Of a stretch of DNA of 64,000 nucleotides, positions 60,259 to 64,000 are shown in pieces. Both the position numbers and the translations under genes were made by a program. The first letter of the stretch is position 1. Every line of letters begins with the position of its first letter. The notes beneath the pieces are model-generated. The model saw nothing but the letters and a program-made list of their open reading frames with translations, was not told the origin of the DNA and did no database searches. The stretch covers positions 14,759 to 78,758 of the forward strand of contig CAZZCL010000001.1 in the NCBI GenBank assembly GCA_964652295.1, read 5' to 3'. This DNA is from an uncultured Chthoniobacterales bacterium. Its GTDB lineage: Bacteria > Verrucomicrobiota > Verrucomicrobiia > Chthoniobacterales > CALDSX01.

Positions 60259-62538
60259 ATGAGCGAACTCACTGCCGTCCTTACCAAACCGGCGAAGCAT
60301 CTGGATTACAGTCTCACCGGCGAGAACTCAAAGCGCGCCGTAGAACTCGGGCTGGCTGAAGCCGACTGGTATCAATCGCCGGTGCCACGCGGCGAACTGC
60401 GCAAGTTGCTGGAGCGCCGCGACGGACCAGCCATCCGCGACACGGTTATATGGTTCTTCCTACTTGGCCTCACCGGCTGGGCAACTGCCGCGCTTTGGGG
60501 CACGTGGTGGGCTGTTCTGCCGTACTTGGCTTACTGCGTCCTGTACGCCACCGCCTCCGACTCCCGTTGGCACGAAGCCGGTCATGGTACGGCGTTTAGG
60601 ACGGATTGGATGAACAATCTGTTGTACGAGATTGCGTCATTCATGGTTATGCGGGAGTCGGTCGTTTGGCGCTGGAGCCATACCCGGCATCACAGCGACA
60701 CCATCATTGTAGGGCGCGATCCGGAGATTCAGGTGCAGCGTCCGCCGAACCTGCGCGAGCACTTCCTGAGTTTGTTCGCGGTCGGCGCTTACCGCGGGTA
60801 TTTTCCGGGTGTCTTTCGTCATGCTGCGGGAAAGATGTCTGACAGCGAGCGCACATTCATTCCCGAAAGCGAGTTCCCAAAAATCTATCGGAATGCGCGC
60901 ATGATTCTTGGCATCTACGCAGCGGCGTTCGCGCTTGCGGCCGCGTTGCAATCCTGGCTGCCGATCTTCCTGATCGTGCTGCCCCATCTGTTCGGCACAT
61001 GGCTGATGATCGTCCACAACACCCCGCAGCACGCGGGGCTTGCCGAAAACGTGCTCGACCACCGGTTGAACTGTCGCACGGTGTACATGAACCCGGCCAG
61101 TCGATTCCTCTATTGGAACATGAACTATCATGTGGAGCATCACATGTTCCCCTTGGTGTCGTTTCATTCGCTGAAGAAGCTGCATGAACTCATCAAGGAC
61201 GATTGCCCACCGCCGTACTTATCGATTGGCGCGGCATGGAAGGAGATTCTGCCAACGCTGCTGCGGCAGGCGAGGGACCCGGCCTATCATGTCAAGCGCA
61301 GGTTGCCACCGCCGAAAGCGCGCCGTGTCGACGGATTGGGCAGCGGCGACGCGCAACCGGACGCCGACGGCTGGATCGAGGTGTGCGCAGCCGCCGATCT
61401 CGGAACAGCCGACGTGCTGCGCTTCGACCATGGAAGGAAGACGTTCGCGCTGGTTCGCGATGAAGCGGATGGGCTCTACGCCATAGACGGCATCTGCACT
61501 CATGGCAACACGCATCTTGCGGACGGGCTGGTGAAGGAGGGCCAGATCGAGTGCCCCAAACACAACGGCCGCTTTCATCTGGCGGACGGATCACCCGCGC
61601 GGGCGCCCATCTGCCGTGGCCTGTGCGTTTACCCGATTGAAGATCGCGGCGGTCGTTTGTGGCTCAACATTGCAAAACCTGGAGGCAGCGGCGTGCGCCA
61701 GCAGGTCGCGGCAAGCTTCCGCGTGGTTTCCACCAGGAACGTGGCCACATTCATCCGGGAACTGGTCTTGGAACCGGAGGGCGGCACAGCGGTCGGATTC
61801 TCGCAAGGCGACTACATGCAGCTCGACATTCCCGCGTATGACGAGATCCGGTTTTCCAATCTCGATGTGCCCGAGCCCTATGCCGCCGTTTGGCGTCGCC
61901 AGCATGTGTTCGATCTTGTCGCCCGAAATCCGGGCGGAGCCAGGCGCAACAATTACTCCATCGCCAGCAATGCGGCGTATGACCGCACCCTGATGTTCAA
62001 CGTCCGCATCGCCACGCCACCGCCGGGGCAGGATTGTCCTCCAGGCGTGGGATCGGCGTATGTCTGGTCGCTGAAGCCCGGCGACGTCATGACTGCGGTC
62101 GGACCCTTCGGCGATTTTCATATCAAGCCCACGCAGAAGGAAATGATCTACATCGGAGGTGGGGCGGGCATGGCTCCATTGCGGGCGCATCTTTCGCACC
62201 TGTTGGAAACGGAAGGGAGTGCTAGAAAGATCGCTTTCTGGTATGGGGCGCGCTCAAGGCAGGAGCTGTACTACACCGATTACTTCGAATCGCTCGCAGC
62301 CAGACATACAAACTTCACGTTTTACACTGCGCTATCCACCCCGTTGGAGGAAGACAATTGGTCCGGTCTGACGGGATTTATCCATGAGGTCGTGCTCGAC
62401 CATTGCCTGGAATCGCATCCTAAGGTTCAGGCCGTAGAGTTTTATCTCTGTGGACCACCCATGATGGTCAAGGCATGCACGAAAATGCTTGGAGACCTCG
62501 GCGTAACCGCCTCGCAGATTGCGTACGACGAATTCTAA
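60259..62538 (+). CDS. Three-domain fusion: membrane fatty-acid-desaturase/hydroxylase-like diiron domain + Rieske [2Fe-2S] domain + FNR/NqrF-like FAD/NAD(P)H reductase domain
   Basis: ATG 60259 inside ORF 60205..62538 (759 aa). His boxes HEAGH (60571-60585), HTRHH (60679-60693) and HVEHH (61129-61143) lie among four or more hydrophobic helices. Rieske motif CTH-x17-CPKH (61495-61563). The reductase part has RNNYSIAS (FAD), GGGAGMAPLRAHL (NAD(P)H) and YLCGPPMMV. Confidence 0.85.
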   Translation: MSELTAVLTKPAKHLDYSLTGENSKRAVELGLAEADWYQSPVPRGELRKLLERRDGPAIRDTVIWFFLLGLTGWATAALWGTWWAVLPYLAYCVLYATASDSRWHEAGHGTAFRTDWMNNLLYEIASFMVMRESVVWRWSHTRHHSDTIIVGRDPEIQVQRPPNLREHFLSLFAVGAYRGYFPGVFRHAAGKMSDSERTFIPESEFPKIYRNARMILGIYAAAFALAAALQSWLPIFLIVLPHLFGTWLMIVHNTPQHAGLAENVLDHRLNCRTVYMNPASRFLYWNMNYHVEHHMFPLVSFHSLKKLHELIKDDCPPPYLSIGAAWKEILPTLLRQARDPAYHVKRRLPPPKARRVDGLGSGDAQPDADGWIEVCAAADLGTADVLRFDHGRKTFALVRDEADGLYAIDGICTHGNTHLADGLVKEGQIECPKHNGRFHLADGSPARAPICRGLCVYPIEDRGGRLWLNIAKPGGSGVRQQVAASFRVVSTRNVATFIRELVLEPEGGTAVGFSQGDYMQLDIPAYDEIRFSNLDVPEPYAAVWRRQHVFDLVARNPGGARRNNYSIASNAAYDRTLMFNVRIATPPPGQDCPPGVGSAYVWSLKPGDVMTAVGPFGDFHIKPTQKEMIYIGGGAGMAPLRAHLSHLLETEGSARKIAFWYGARSRQELYYTDYFESLAARHTNFTFYTALSTPLEEDNWSGLTGFIHEVVLDHCLESHPKVQAVEFYLCGPPMMVKACTKMLGDLGVTASQIAYDEF

Positions 62539-63157
62539 ACACGGCGTCTTAAGTCATTGCGCATGTGTTTTCTTTCAGGTCTATGCTGATTGATGAAGCG
62601 ATTGAAGGTTCAGGGTGCCGAGGTTCACGACTCCAAGAGGGCGACAAAACCGGGCGATCAGGGCGCTTGTCTTCGGAGCATCTCCGTGCGATCGACAGGG
62701 CTCTTCGTTTATCGCCCGAAGCTGTGGGCGTGCAAAAGGCAGGGCTTTGTGAGGGCCCGCGCTCTCGGAGTTCATAAAAGGGCGCTTTGGCATTTCACTG
62801 AAGGTAGGCCAGTGCCCGCGGTTGATCTGATCCTCGGGGTTCCGGCTTTGCAAGGCTCGATCACAAGTTGGCCGCATCGATGTTCAAGCCAGGAGCGCAG
62901 TAAAAAAATCTCCGCATGTTGGCCAGGCGAAGTGCCGAACGTTCACCGGGCCTGAAATTCCAGCTCACCAGGTGGTTCACCCGGTGCAGAGGGAACCTTA
63001 ATGTTTGTTGACGATGCCGTATCAGCCTTCTAACGAATCCAGGTTTGAGAGGACGGATATCTTCAACAAACCTATCCGTTCGGAACCTCTCTTAGAAGAA
63101 GAGGCCCATCAACTGCGGGGGCACCTGCCGGCTTCGCACTGCCAAAGCGTCAACCTT

Positions 63158-64000
63158 CTAAACCAACGCTTCCTTTCCGACGGCATTTACCATGTCGCTG
63201 AAGATGTGGCGGTGGATCGGATACAGACTGTACCAGTACACCGCTCCGGCCATGCCTTTGGGCATGAAAATGGCCGTCTGCACCAGGCGGGTGGCTCCGC
63301 CATCAGGTACAGCTTCATACTGAAGCCAGGCTTTGCCAGGCAGACGCATCTCAGCGCGCAACCTCAACAGCGATGGTTTCTCGACCGCTTCGACACGCCA
63401 GAAATCCAGGGCTTCGCCCGGGTAGAGGTCCTGCGGGTGACGCCGTCCGCGGCGTAATCCGGGGCCGCCGACAAGTTTGTCGATCATCCCCCTCAAATGC
63501 CATGCCCATTGCCAGACCAACCAGCCTTTCTCGCCGCCCAACCTTGTGAATGCGTTAAAAACCGCTTCGGGCGATGTTGCAACCCGCAGCGAACGCACCT
63601 CGCGGATCGTGCCTTCCCAATCGACGAGATCGAATGTGGCATCGCCGCCGAGCGCGCCGCTCCACCGCGTCTCGACATTACCGGACTGGATTTTCGCAAG
63701 GGCAAGTTCAACAGCGCGTCGATAAGGTATCGGCTTAATGTCAGGCATAACCTTTTCGGTCTGCGCGGTGTCGCCGACCAGATCGTGAATGAGCCCTTTG
63801 ACAAGCGGCACTGCCAGACGGTTGGGAATTGGGGTGACGAGGCCCACCCACAGGGCGGCGAGTCCGGGGGCAAGCACCGGGAGTGGGACGATGAGGCGTT
63901 TGTATCCCTGCACGGAGGCGAAGGTCTCCATCATGTCTTTGAAAGTCAGCACGTCGCCCCCGATATCCAGCACAGCGCTGCCCCGGAGACCTAAGGCGCG
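63158..64000 (-). CDS. SDR-type NAD(P)-binding / DUF2867-domain protein, C-terminal part (5' end beyond window)
   Basis: The frame is open to position 64000. Reads DIGGDVLTFKDMMETFASVQGYKRLIVPLPVLAPGLAALWVGLVTPIP, with a DUF2867-like C-terminus WRVEAVEKPSLLRLRAEMRLPGKAWLQYE. Confidence 0.75.
   Translation of the reverse strand, partial: RALGLRGSAVLDIGGDVLTFKDMMETFASVQGYKRLIVPLPVLAPGLAALWVGLVTPIPNRLAVPLVKGLIHDLVGDTAQTEKVMPDIKPIPYRRAVELALAKIQSGNVETRWSGALGGDATFDLVDWEGTIREVRSLRVATSPEAVFNAFTRLGGEKGWLVWQWAWHLRGMIDKLVGGPGLRRGRRHPQDLYPGEALDFWRVEAVEKPSLLRLRAEMRLPGKAWLQYEAVPDGGATRLVQTAIFMPKGMAGAVYWYSLYPIHRHIFSDMVNAVGKEALV

Noticed and set aside
63005-63457. 150-aa plus-strand ORF
   Set aside because: Most of it is antisense to the well-supported DUF2867-domain gene (63158..64000, minus strand). 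Its composition is not protein-like.

Overview
High-GC bacterial chromosome, gene-dense on both strands. LL-diaminopimelate aminotransferase (DapL), BatA-like/VWA envelope proteins, many TPR proteins and a DUF4351/Rpn-type gene suggest a PVC-group organism such as Verrucomicrobiota; this is inference only. Layout: (1) 1-10.8 kb holds the S10/spc ribosomal-protein supercluster (rplB' to map). A non-ribosomal exported coiled-coil gene sits between rpsS and rplV, there is no S14 or L30 gene, and the cluster stops after map. (2) 10.8-13.2 kb is a decayed mobile zone: an Rpn/DUF4351 nuclease-like gene with a 12-bp x7 in-frame repeat, a frameshifted secreted-protein remnant and an integrase N-terminal stub. 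(3) 13.2-20.7 kb has an orphan translationally coupled luxE-luxC-like pair lying divergent to a coupled TPR-TPR-exbB-exbD operon. (4) 20.7-21.3 kb is a 658-bp gene-free gap with an orphan minus-strand intrinsic terminator, giving a candidate sRNA. (5) 21.3-57.8 kb is mostly housekeeping: sufE-like/rhodanese, yajC, crcB-DUF190, dapL, cysE, dnaK-groES-groEL, queG, aroK, csp, a PurE-like pseudoenzyme coupled to tsaC, msbA-like, mscS, recF, tRNA-Ser(GCU), asnB/GT2, a degraded Na/Pi-cotransporter gene and tsf. (6) 57.9-62.5 kb is an AraC-controlled module: a URO-D-family enzyme plus a 759-aa three-domain fusion of a membrane diiron desaturase/hydroxylase, a Rieske [2Fe-2S] domain and an FNR-like reductase. 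I rate this module the best candidate for an uncharacterised system. The ribosomal-operon insert and the luxEC/TPR-Exb neighbourhood come next. No CRISPR array or rRNA was seen. All family calls rest on motifs read by eye; no database search was possible.
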